Assembly: GCF_003574735.1 (NCBI RefSeq)
Contig: NZ_QORW01000006.1
Span: 42,887-106,886, forward strand
Reading direction: 5' to 3'
DNA: 64,000 nt
DNA from: Dongia deserti
GTDB taxonomy: Bacteria > Pseudomonadota > Alphaproteobacteria > Dongiales > Dongiaceae
Below the pieces are notes generated by a model, which saw nothing but the letters and a program-made list of their open reading frames with translations, was not told the DNA's origin and made no database searches. The number at the start of each line of letters is the position of its first letter. The stretch's first letter is position 1. Shown here piece after piece: positions 56,455 through 64,000 of this stretch. The position numbers were made by a program, and so were the translations under genes.

Positions 56455-57969
56455 ATGAGTAGACCCTCAACCACCAAGACATGGCGTCACCTCGCCCTGC
56501 TGACGGTCGCCCTCGGCGCCTTGGCCAGCGGCTGCGGCACGACCGCGACCAGCCCGGCGACCGGCCGCACCTTCTCCACCCCGATCTCCGTGCAACAGGA
56601 AGCGCAGCTCGGCCGCCAGGAGCATCCGAAGATCCTGCAGGAGTTCGGCGGCGAGTACAAGGAGAGGCCGGACCTCAACGCCTATGTCAGCTCGGTGGGC
56701 CAGTTCATCGCTGCCACGTCCGAGCGCAAGGAGGTTCAATACACCTTCACCGTCCTCAACACGCCGGACGTCAACGCCTTCGCCGTCCCGGGCGGCTACA
56801 TCTACACGACCCGCGGTCTGCTGGCGCTCGCCAACAACGAGGCTGAGCTCGCCAGCGTACTGGGTCACGAGACCGGCCACATTACCGCGCGCCATACGGC
56901 AGAACGCGCCGGCCAGACACAACAAACGCAGCTGGGCGTCATCGGCGCGACCTTGCTAGGCGCTGTTCTCGGCGGCCAGACCGGCGCCGAACTTGCGGGC
57001 GGGCTCGCCTCGCAATACGGCCAGGTGCGCCTCGCCGGCTATTCGCAGGAGCAGGAGTTCGAAGCCGATACTCTTGGTGTCCGCTACATGAAGCGCGCGA
57101 CCTATGATCCGCAGGCTGCCGCAAGCTTCCTCGCGGCATTGCGCTCCCAGACTCAGCTCGAGGCAAAGATCGCCGGCAAGGACCCGAACGTAGTCGACGA
57201 CCAGAACATGCTGGCTTCGCATCCGCGCACCGTCGATCGTGTGCAGCGCGCGATCCAGGAAGCCGGTGGCGCGCAGCCCGGGGCGATGCTGGAGCGCGAC
57301 ATCTATCTGCAGAAGATCGACGGCATCATGTTCGGTGATGATCCCGCGCAGGGCGTGATTGCCGGCGGCAAATTCGTGCATCCGCCGCTGCGCTTCGCAT
57401 TCGAGGTGCCGAGCGGATACAAGCTGGTCAATCTCCCGGATGTGGTCGCGATCAAAGGCCCCAAGGGCACGCTGGGCAACCTGGCGCTCGCCAGTCCTCA
57501 GCCTTCCGGCAGTCTGACCGCGGCGTTGCAGAACTATGATCCCAAGGGAAACATCGTCTTCAAGAATATCGAGCCCATTACCGTCAACGGAATGGAAGCG
57601 GCCATGGGTGTCACCCGCGTCAACACCAAGTCGGGCAGCGCCAACTATCGCGCCGTGCTGATTCGTCATTCCAGCGGCAAGGTCTACGAATTCGTGTTCC
57701 TGTCGCTCGCCGATCTCGGCACGCGCTACGACAGCGATTTCCAGAAGATCGCCTACAGCTTCCGCCAGATCGACGGCAACGAAGCGGCGCAATTCAACAA
57801 GCCCCGGCGCATCCGCGTCGTGACGGTCAAGGCCGGCGAGACGGTGCAGTCGCTCGCCAGCCGCATGGACGTGGCAAGCGAGAAGGAAGGCTGGTTCCGC
57901 GTGTTGAACGGGCTGACCAGCGGCCAGCAGGTGCAGGCCGGGCAAAAGGTGAAGATCGTCACGTACTAG
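56455..57969 (+). CDS. M48 family zinc metallopeptidase lipoprotein with C-terminal LysM domain
   Basis: The start behind an AAGGAG Shine-Dalgarno gives a lipobox LASGC. It has HETGHITARH (HExxH) and a C-terminal LysM (VVTVKAGETVQSLASRM...QKVKIV). Confidence 0.8.
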   Translation: MSRPSTTKTWRHLALLTVALGALASGCGTTATSPATGRTFSTPISVQQEAQLGRQEHPKILQEFGGEYKERPDLNAYVSSVGQFIAATSERKEVQYTFTVLNTPDVNAFAVPGGYIYTTRGLLALANNEAELASVLGHETGHITARHTAERAGQTQQTQLGVIGATLLGAVLGGQTGAELAGGLASQYGQVRLAGYSQEQEFEADTLGVRYMKRATYDPQAAASFLAALRSQTQLEAKIAGKDPNVVDDQNMLASHPRTVDRVQRAIQEAGGAQPGAMLERDIYLQKIDGIMFGDDPAQGVIAGGKFVHPPLRFAFEVPSGYKLVNLPDVVAIKGPKGTLGNLALASPQPSGSLTAALQNYDPKGNIVFKNIEPITVNGMEAAMGVTRVNTKSGSANYRAVLIRHSSGKVYEFVFLSLADLGTRYDSDFQKIAYSFRQIDGNEAAQFNKPRRIRVVTVKAGETVQSLASRMDVASEKEGWFRVLNGLTSGQQVQAGQKVKIVTY

Positions 57970-58108
57970 CGCCCCGACAGCCGCACCCTGCGTCCGTGCG
58001 GGGCCTCGACGAAATGGCTATCAGCACTGGCGAGGGGAGAGAGGTCTTGCTTCGCCGGCAACTGTGCTACAACCCATGGGTCATGTTGGCGATTCCAAGC
58101 ACTGACTC

Positions 58109-59962
58109 ATGACCATGCATCTTATGCGGGACAGCTTCGCAAAGCGCCGCTTGCGCGTGCCGATCTGGGTCGTGCTCGTTCTGGTGCTGGGTGGCATGAC
58201 CAGCGTGATGGCGGTGGTCATCGGCGTGCGCTTCTACGTAGCCGGCCTCGTCTCCACCACTCAGCTGGTGGAGGATCTCGGCCGCTCCTCCCTTGCGCAA
58301 CTGACCGAGATGATTGAATCGCAACTGCAGCCGGCGGCCGACCAATCCAAGTTCCTGGCCGATATCCTCAGCCGCGATCAGGTAGATCCAAAGAACAATC
58401 AGAGGCTCCAGGATCTGCTGCTGGGTTCGCTCGCCGCCGTGCGCCAGCTGCGCGCCGTCGCCTATGTGGGGCTCGATCACCGCCTGGTCTGGGCCGGCCA
58501 GAACGAGAACGGCCGCGGCTATAGCGCCAAAGTCACGCACGTGACTGACGAGACGCAGGTGCCTGCGCTGCTCGCCGAGGCCACGCGCCGCCGCGCGCAA
58601 TTCTGGTCTCGGCCGATCCAGTTCGATTGGGAGACCGGCCCGCTGCTCATTGCTGTCGCGCCGGTGTTCCGACAGGGCGACGTGATCGGCATCATCGGCG
58701 CCGCGGTGTCGACGCGCGCCGCATCGGAGCGGCTCGCACGCCTGTCGGGGGTTAGCGGGCTGGTGCCGTTTGTGCTGACTCCCGACGGTCACATCCTCAT
58801 GCACGGCAGCACCGCGAAGGATGTGCCGCCAGGGCGGGAATGGCGGGACGGCGCGATCCTGGCCGATCGTCAGGAATTCCCCGATCCGGTGCTCGCGGCG
58901 ATGCAATGGCCGCCCAGTGCCGGCGCGGCCGACCAGCATCGGGACGCCCCGCAGACCGGCCTTCATATGGAGCGCGTGGCGCTGCCGGACGGAACACACT
59001 TCGTCATCCATCGGCGTCTCACCGGCTACGGCCCCGACGCGTGGTTCGTCGGCTATCACCTGCCTGAGACCTGGGTCGCGCAATCCTATGCGACCATCAA
59101 CCGCGCCATTCCGTTTGCGCTGATCGTGCTGCTGATTGCGCTCGGGTTGGCGTACTGGCTCGGCCGGTCGATCGCCAGGCCGATGATCGTTCTCTCTCAG
59201 TCCGGACAGCGGCTGGCACGACTCGACTTCACGCCGCTCGAGATCAAGTCGAGCCTCATCAAGGAGGTCGAGCGCGCCGTGGAAGCTCAGCGGGCCATGC
59301 GCAACGGCCTGCAATGGCTCAGCAACTACATCCCGCGCTCGCTCACCCCGCTGCTGATGAAAAGCGGTGAAGAGCTGATCTCGCGCGAGCGCGATATCGT
59401 GGTGCTCTTCACCGACATCGTCGGCTTCTCCCAGATCGCGGAAGGCCGCCCCGCCGCCAAGGTCGCGGCCCTGCTCAACCGCCATTTCGGATTGCTGGGC
59501 GCGATCATCGACCAGGAGGGCGGTACCATCGACAAATACATCGGCGATTCCATCATGGCATTCTGGGGCGCGCCGCTGGACCAGGAGGATCGCGCCGAGC
59601 GCGCCGTCCGGGCCGCGCAGCGCGTTGCGCGGAAGCTGCAAGCGGACAATGAACGCCGCGCACGCAAGGGGCTGAAGCCGATCCGCATCCGCATCGGCAT
59701 CCACAGGGGCCCGGCTCTGGTCGGCAACATCGGCGCTCCGGGCCGCGTCAACTACACGCTCGTCGGCGATACGGTGAACGTGGCGCAGCGGCTGGAGCAG
59801 TTCGCGCGCGAGGTCGACGACGGCGTGTCGGATGCGGTGATCGTGATCAGTGGTGAGCTGGCATCGGTCCTGCCACCAGGCGTGGCGCTGATCGACGTCG
59901 GCGACCAGCTATTCCACGGCCGCAGCACCGCAACCCGGGTGTTCCGCATGCCGATGGGGTGA
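58109..59962 (+). CDS. membrane-anchored class III adenylate/guanylate cyclase with periplasmic sensor region and HAMP domain
   Basis: Two TM helices flank a roughly 250-aa periplasmic segment, then a HAMP-like linker and the cyclase core (IVVLFTDIVGFSQI, DKYIGDSIMAFWGAP). Confidence 0.85.
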   Translation: MTMHLMRDSFAKRRLRVPIWVVLVLVLGGMTSVMAVVIGVRFYVAGLVSTTQLVEDLGRSSLAQLTEMIESQLQPAADQSKFLADILSRDQVDPKNNQRLQDLLLGSLAAVRQLRAVAYVGLDHRLVWAGQNENGRGYSAKVTHVTDETQVPALLAEATRRRAQFWSRPIQFDWETGPLLIAVAPVFRQGDVIGIIGAAVSTRAASERLARLSGVSGLVPFVLTPDGHILMHGSTAKDVPPGREWRDGAILADRQEFPDPVLAAMQWPPSAGAADQHRDAPQTGLHMERVALPDGTHFVIHRRLTGYGPDAWFVGYHLPETWVAQSYATINRAIPFALIVLLIALGLAYWLGRSIARPMIVLSQSGQRLARLDFTPLEIKSSLIKEVERAVEAQRAMRNGLQWLSNYIPRSLTPLLMKSGEELISRERDIVVLFTDIVGFSQIAEGRPAAKVAALLNRHFGLLGAIIDQEGGTIDKYIGDSIMAFWGAPLDQEDRAERAVRAAQRVARKLQADNERRARKGLKPIRIRIGIHRGPALVGNIGAPGRVNYTLVGDTVNVAQRLEQFAREVDDGVSDAVIVISGELASVLPPGVALIDVGDQLFHGRSTATRVFRMPMG

Positions 59963-59967
59963 CGCCC

Positions 59968-60768
59968 TCACGCCTCGACCAGATCGAGGATGTCGCCCTT
60001 GGCATCGAGGCATGCGACCAGCGCCTTGCCGCCATAGCCGCAGCCGCCATCGAGCGTGACGGCAAAATCGCTCATGGCCGGGCCGGCATGATGGCGGTCG
60101 AAGCCGCGCACCACCTTCAGGAATTCGCCGTACGGATGATTGAGCGCGGCGAAACCGGCGCTGCCCCACCACAGCGTGTCGCCTTGCGCATCGAGCGGGC
60201 GGTCGGGATCTATGCCGGCATGGACGAACAACAGGCCGTAATCGTCGGTGTAGGCGGCGCGGCGCAGCTCCGCCATCAGCTGATAGTGGCCGGGGCGCGC
60301 CTGCATGGCGGTGCGCAGGCTGTTGGTCCAGCGCGTGATGGCAAGGGCGCCTTCGCGGCAGCGGATGATGCCCTCAGCCGGATCGCCGCCATAAGCGGTG
60401 ATGGTGGTGCCGACGCCCTGTTGCAGCATCCAGGGCAGCACTTCCTTGGGGTTCGGCGCGAACTGCAGCTGCAGCAGCTTCTGCCACATCACTTCCTGCT
60501 GGCCGCGCAGATACGCGATATCGATGGTGAACATGTGCGGTCGCGCCAGGATCTGCCGGCGAAAGCTCACCAGCTCATCCACCACGCCGGCGACGTCGCT
60601 GCCGCGGCCGAGCATGCCACCCAGGTAGATCAGACGGTCGCCCTCCTGGAACTGCTCGGCCACATAGCCGTGCAGCGCGCGCAGCCGCGCCATGTCGCCG
60701 TGCACCGGCGATATCGCCCAGATGCGCCGCGCGGCGCGCAGGACGGCGAATTTCTCTTGCTCGGACAT
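59968..60768 (-). CDS. PPP-family metallophosphoesterase homologue with apparently degenerate metal-binding motifs
   Basis: Start at the internal Met MSEQEK. It aligns to lambda-PPase/ApaH motifs, but with substitutions: GDxHG becomes SPVHG, GDxxDRG becomes GGMLGRG, and GNHE becomes GQQE. Confidence 0.6.
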   Translation of the reverse strand: MSEQEKFAVLRAARRIWAISPVHGDMARLRALHGYVAEQFQEGDRLIYLGGMLGRGSDVAGVVDELVSFRRQILARPHMFTIDIAYLRGQQEVMWQKLLQLQFAPNPKEVLPWMLQQGVGTTITAYGGDPAEGIIRCREGALAITRWTNSLRTAMQARPGHYQLMAELRRAAYTDDYGLLFVHAGIDPDRPLDAQGDTLWWGSAGFAALNHPYGEFLKVVRGFDRHHAGPAMSDFAVTLDGGCGYGGKALVACLDAKGDILDLVEA

Positions 60769-60871
60769 TGTGGTTGAAGCTTCCCGGAAGCCGGCAGTTC
60801 CGAACGAATCGGAGCACCGCAGGACTGTAGCAAGCCACCGACCGCCGGGCCAAAGCGAATCGAAATCCCCC

Positions 60872-60896
60872 GACGGATGGCGGGGAGCCATCCGTC
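60872..60896 (-). terminator. hairpin GACGGATGGC-GGGGA-GCCATCCGTC downstream of carD
   Basis: A 10-bp perfect stem about 80 nt 3' of the carD stop on the minus strand. Confidence 0.4.
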
Positions 60897-60973
60897 CGAC
60901 GGTCGAGACCCGAAAGTCCCGCCGCTAGGGGGCCTCTCGAGGAGAGAGCTCGGGTTTAGAGGATGGGCCGCTG

Positions 60974-61516
60974 TTAAGCGGCCACGGCCTTCAGCACTTG
61001 ATGCAGACGCTGATGAGCGGACTGCTCGTCGATGCCATCGATCGCCGCCAGCTCGCGCACCAGACGGTCCAGAGCGGCTTGGTAGATCTGCCGCTCGCTG
61101 TAGGACTGGTCTGGCTGGTCCGCATTGCGATGCAGATCGCGCACCACCTCGGCGATCGAAACCGGGTCACCGGAATTGATCTTGGCCTCATATTCCTGGG
61201 CCCGGCGCGACCACATGGCGCGCTTCACCCGCGAGCGACCCTTCAGGGTCTGCAGGGCGGCATCCATCACCTTGCGCGAAGAGAGCTTGCGCAGGCCGGA
61301 ATTCTTCGCCTTGGCGACCGGCACGCGCAGGGTCATACGGTCCTTCTCAAAATGAATAATGATCAGCTGCAGGGAATGACCAGAAACCTCCTGGATCTCT
61401 ACGCCCAGGACCTTCCCGACGCCATGAGTCGGGTAAACGACGAAATCACCCTTCCGGAAGCCGGAATCCTTCTCCTTACTATCCTTCGCCACGCTCTTCT
61501 TCGCCTTCTCAACCAC
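60974..61516 (-). CDS. carD: CarD/CdnL family RNA-polymerase-binding transcription regulator
   Basis: CarD_CdnL_TRCF N-domain (DFVVYPTHGVGKV) and a C-terminal helical domain. Confidence 0.85.
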   Translation of the reverse strand: MVEKAKKSVAKDSKEKDSGFRKGDFVVYPTHGVGKVLGVEIQEVSGHSLQLIIIHFEKDRMTLRVPVAKAKNSGLRKLSSRKVMDAALQTLKGRSRVKRAMWSRRAQEYEAKINSGDPVSIAEVVRDLHRNADQPDQSYSERQIYQAALDRLVRELAAIDGIDEQSAHQRLHQVLKAVAA

Positions 61517-61885
61517 GATCTAACCTCCGAACCGGGCCGCCGTCCGCATCTGGAAAACCTCCACACAGGAGGCCTCGTTGCGAAGCCCTCAATGCAGGCG
61601 AAGCAGATGACCTGCCCCGGTACCGCATAGCAGCCAAACACCGCTCCCGGACCCTTGTGGATCCGGACTGGGAACACGCTATTTGTAGGCTTGGGCGGCT
61701 AAAACCAGCGCCTGGGAAACCCGCTGTTAACCAATGCGCGCCGCCAACCAGACCTGACAAAATATATATCAGAAACGCCCTTTTGGTTCAAGGAAGGGCA
61801 GACATGCAGCAGGCGCAGTTAACCTTTTCAGGGAACCAGTGCGGTTCCACTGTGGGCACCCCCTCAGGCCAAAACTCTGGAAGAG

Positions 61886-62221
61886 CTAGACTTTTCCAGG
61901 GTTCGGGCTGAAATGCTGGGCGAATTTCTCAGCCACGCCCTTCCATTGATCGGCGTCGGCCGGCGCTTCGCCCTTGCGCGTGATGTTCGGCCATTCAGCG
62001 GCGTATTGCCGGTTGATCTCCAGCCATTTCTCCATGCCGGCTTCGCTGTCCGGCAGGATGGCATCGGCTGGGCATTCGGGCTCGCACACACCACAATCGA
62101 TGCACTCGTCTGGATGGATCACCAGCATGTTCTCGCCGACATAGAAACAATCGACCGGGCACACCTCCACGCAATCCATGTACTTGCACTTGATGCAAGC
62201 CTCGGTCACGACATATGCCAT
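61886..62221 (-). CDS. fdxA: 7Fe ferredoxin (FdxA type)
   Basis: Cys clusters [14 protein letters not shown] and [12 protein letters not shown]. Confidence 0.9.
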   Translation of the reverse strand: MAYVVTEACIKCKYMDCVEVCPVDCFYVGENMLVIHPDECIDCGVCEPECPADAILPDSEAGMEKWLEINRQYAAEWPNITRKGEAPADADQWKGVAEKFAQHFSPNPGKV

Positions 62222-62360
62222 CGATCAACTCCGTCGCTTCGCGGTGTGAAATGCCTGGGACCCGCGTTCAATCGGCGCGGAGTTAGCACAGCACATAGTG
62301 GCATGCAACAGCGCGTCCGCTGCACTTGCGTGCGCTGCGCAGCAGCCATGTCTCGGCGGA

Positions 62361-62753
62361 TCAGCTGGGCTCGCTCGATTTGAGCTGCGCAATCTTGCGG
62401 CCATCGCGCTTGGTCGGTCGGCCCGCGCCCGCCTCGCGCTGTTCGAAGGACCGCGCATCCGTGGCCTGCTGTGCGACAGGCGGGCGCGGCGGATCCAGAT
62501 CCTCATAGAGCGATTGTGCTTCTGTCGCCGGTCCGCGCCGGCTGCCCAGGGCGACCACCTTGATCACGCGGATATGTGGCCCCAGCGGAAAGGTCAGCAC
62601 ATCGCCAACCTTGATCGCGTAGTGCGCCTTCTGCGTCGGCACGCCGTTGACCCGCATGCGGCCGTCGATCACCAGCTTGGTCGCGAGAGAACGCGTCTTC
62701 ACGAAGCGGGCGAACCACAGCCATTTGTCCAGCCGCAGCGAGCCCCCAGTCAT
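62361..62753 (-). CDS. RNA-binding S4 domain protein (Hsp15-like)
   Basis: S4 motif LRLDKWLWFARFVKTRSLA near the N-terminus. Confidence 0.75.
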   Translation of the reverse strand: MTGGSLRLDKWLWFARFVKTRSLATKLVIDGRMRVNGVPTQKAHYAIKVGDVLTFPLGPHIRVIKVVALGSRRGPATEAQSLYEDLDPPRPPVAQQATDARSFEQREAGAGRPTKRDGRKIAQLKSSEPS

Positions 62754-62755
62754 CG

Positions 62756-64000
62756 TTAGCGCGATGTCTCGCGCAGGCGCGCGAGGATCGAGAAGGGCGA
62801 ATTGGGGTCAGGCAGCGGAACCGGTGCCCGGCGCGCTTGCCGCCGGCGCTTGTAGCTCTCTTCCGTGCGCTTGCCCTCGGCGATGAAGCCCAGTTCGCTC
62901 ATCAGCGGCCGCACCAACTCCTGCGGCACGTCGAGCGAGGCCGCCAGCGCGGAATCCCACTTCAGCGCTCCCTGCGCCGACAGGCGATGCGTGCGCTCCG
63001 ACAGGCGCTCCAGCCGGTCGAAGCTCAGCGCATGGCCGTTGATGGCGCGATAGCCGGCGACCGCCAGCAGGCGATCCGGCACGGGCTCCGGCAGCGCGAC
63101 CAGATCACCCGCCAGGTCGGGCAGGGCCTGTCCACTTTGCGCGTGGATCGCCTGCAGGCGCATCAGCAGGTGACGCGCCGCACGCCCGCCCAGGGTCGGC
63201 AACCAGACCGTCTCCCTCCCCAGGCGCAGGCCCAAGGCGCGCAGGCGGCGGCGATCCTCCTTGCCGAGTTGGGCGATCTGTTGTGCGACTTGCCGGCGCG
63301 GCAAGGCGCCCAGCGCCTCCGCCACCTGATAGGCAAGGCCGCGCGCGTGGGCCGACAGCTCCGCACTCATCAAGGTGAACAGCGGTCGCAAGCGGCGCTG
63401 CAAGGTCGCGTCGACCCAGGCCCGCAGGCGCTTGTCGATCATGCGGCGGAAACCGCCGTCCAACAGGTCGTCGACCTTCAGCTCCAGGCGCGGATGAAGC
63501 GGGCCATCACCGGGCTTTAGGCTCGCCACGATGGCGCGGCGCCACAGGATGTCGCCGGCCTCGGTGAGCTTGAACTGCCCATCATCATCTTCGGTCAGTT
63601 GCGCGGCGCGATCGGCCAGCGCTGGCCCTAGCGCGCGCCGCGCCGCCGCGAACAAGGGCTTCGCCTCGTCCGCATCGACGCCGGAGATAGCGGAGAAACT
63701 CAGGCCTGCGAGCGTGCCGACGACGTGACCCTCGACGATGACCTCGTCTGCGGCGTTCACTGCTGCGACGACGTCGCTGCCCGACTTGAGGCGGCGGTGC
63801 AGAGCCGCGCGTCGGCGATCGACGAAGCGCTGGGTGAGCGCGGCATGCAGCGCCTCCGACAGACGATCTTCGGCCGCTTGCGTGCGCGCCTGCCAATGGC
63901 CGGGATCCTGCACCCAGTCGGCGCGGTTCGCGATGTAGGACCAGGTGCGGACATGAGCGATGCGCTGCGTCAGCTGATCGATATCGCCTTCGATGCGGTC
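62756..64000 (-). CDS. helicase-related protein, C-terminal region (gene continues beyond window end)
   Basis: The frame stays open from 62756 to the window edge. The track ORF starts at Met 63913, but the conserved helicase–S4–fdxA–carD synteny implies a much longer gene. Confidence 0.5.
   Translation of the reverse strand, partial: DRIEGDIDQLTQRIAHVRTWSYIANRADWVQDPGHWQARTQAAEDRLSEALHAALTQRFVDRRRAALHRRLKSGSDVVAAVNAADEVIVEGHVVGTLAGLSFSAISGVDADEAKPLFAAARRALGPALADRAAQLTEDDDGQFKLTEAGDILWRRAIVASLKPGDGPLHPRLELKVDDLLDGGFRRMIDKRLRAWVDATLQRRLRPLFTLMSAELSAHARGLAYQVAEALGALPRRQVAQQIAQLGKEDRRRLRALGLRLGRETVWLPTLGGRAARHLLMRLQAIHAQSGQALPDLAGDLVALPEPVPDRLLAVAGYRAINGHALSFDRLERLSERTHRLSAQGALKWDSALAASLDVPQELVRPLMSELGFIAEGKRTEESYKRRRQARRAPVPLPDPNSPFSILARLRETSR

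Noticed and set aside
1-64000. CRISPR arrays, insertion sequences, integrases and recombinases, toxin–antitoxin pairs
   Set aside because: I looked for direct-repeat/spacer periodicity, transposase DDE motifs, tyrosine or serine recombinase motifs, and small adjacent ORF pairs. I found none. The only repeats seen are the SDR-derived direct repeats and short hairpins, which are reported.

Overview
This window is a 64 kb chromosomal segment with high GC content (about 65%). It looks alphaproteobacterial, most like the Bradyrhizobiaceae: it carries the conserved helicase–S4–fdxA–carD block, an ndvB/ndvC-like cyclic beta-glucan locus, an HWE-type histidine kinase and a KdpE-like regulator. The gene content runs as follows. 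Bases 1–6773 hold a complete fatty-acid beta-oxidation operon (acyl-CoA ligase, thiolase, a fused 3-hydroxyacyl-CoA dehydrogenase/enoyl-CoA hydratase, and acyl-CoA dehydrogenase). Next come a GNAT acetyltransferase, a secreted hypothetical protein and gamma-glutamyltransferase. A CHASE2 adenylate cyclase follows, sitting directly upstream of a Na+/H+ antiporter that carries a C-terminal cyclic-nucleotide-binding domain. An EamA transporter and an aldehyde dehydrogenase follow. A PAS/HWE histidine kinase, a small charged protein, a GNAT and a UspA come next. After these are gpsA, an orphan NMT1-like substrate-binding protein, tRNA-Arg(CCT) and a 2-oxo-acid dehydrogenase E1alpha/E1beta/E2 operon. 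An accessory-looking stretch (27.6–46.7 kb) follows. It contains a lysozyme-like protein with a peptidoglycan-binding domain and no signal peptide, a Tat-exported aldo/keto reductase, and a DUF2905 protein. It also has two tandem degenerate tRNA-like elements, an SPFH protein, and a two-subunit GMC dehydrogenase. A TPR adenylate cyclase sits between about 110 bp imperfect direct repeats derived from the 3' end of the neighbouring SDR gene. The stretch continues with a 772-aa patatin-like phospholipase and an N-terminally truncated kdpD/kdpE pair that has no kdpFABC. It ends with an esterase, a poly-C(9) tract, and a solitary HerA-like ATPase. After that come ndvC/ndvB-like glucan synthases, a B12 radical-SAM (DUF4070) protein, a small secreted/membrane three-gene operon, proline iminopeptidase and an M48-LysM lipoprotein peptidase. 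A third adenylate cyclase (HAMP-containing) lies convergent with a PPP-family metallophosphoesterase homologue whose metal-ligand motifs appear degenerate. The window ends with carD, fdxA, an S4 protein and the C-terminus of a helicase-related gene. No CRISPR array, transposase or integrase was found. The most unusual signals are the cyclase/cNMP-gated antiporter pair, the repeat-flanked cyclase insertion, the apparent pseudophosphatase and the broken tRNA-like pair.
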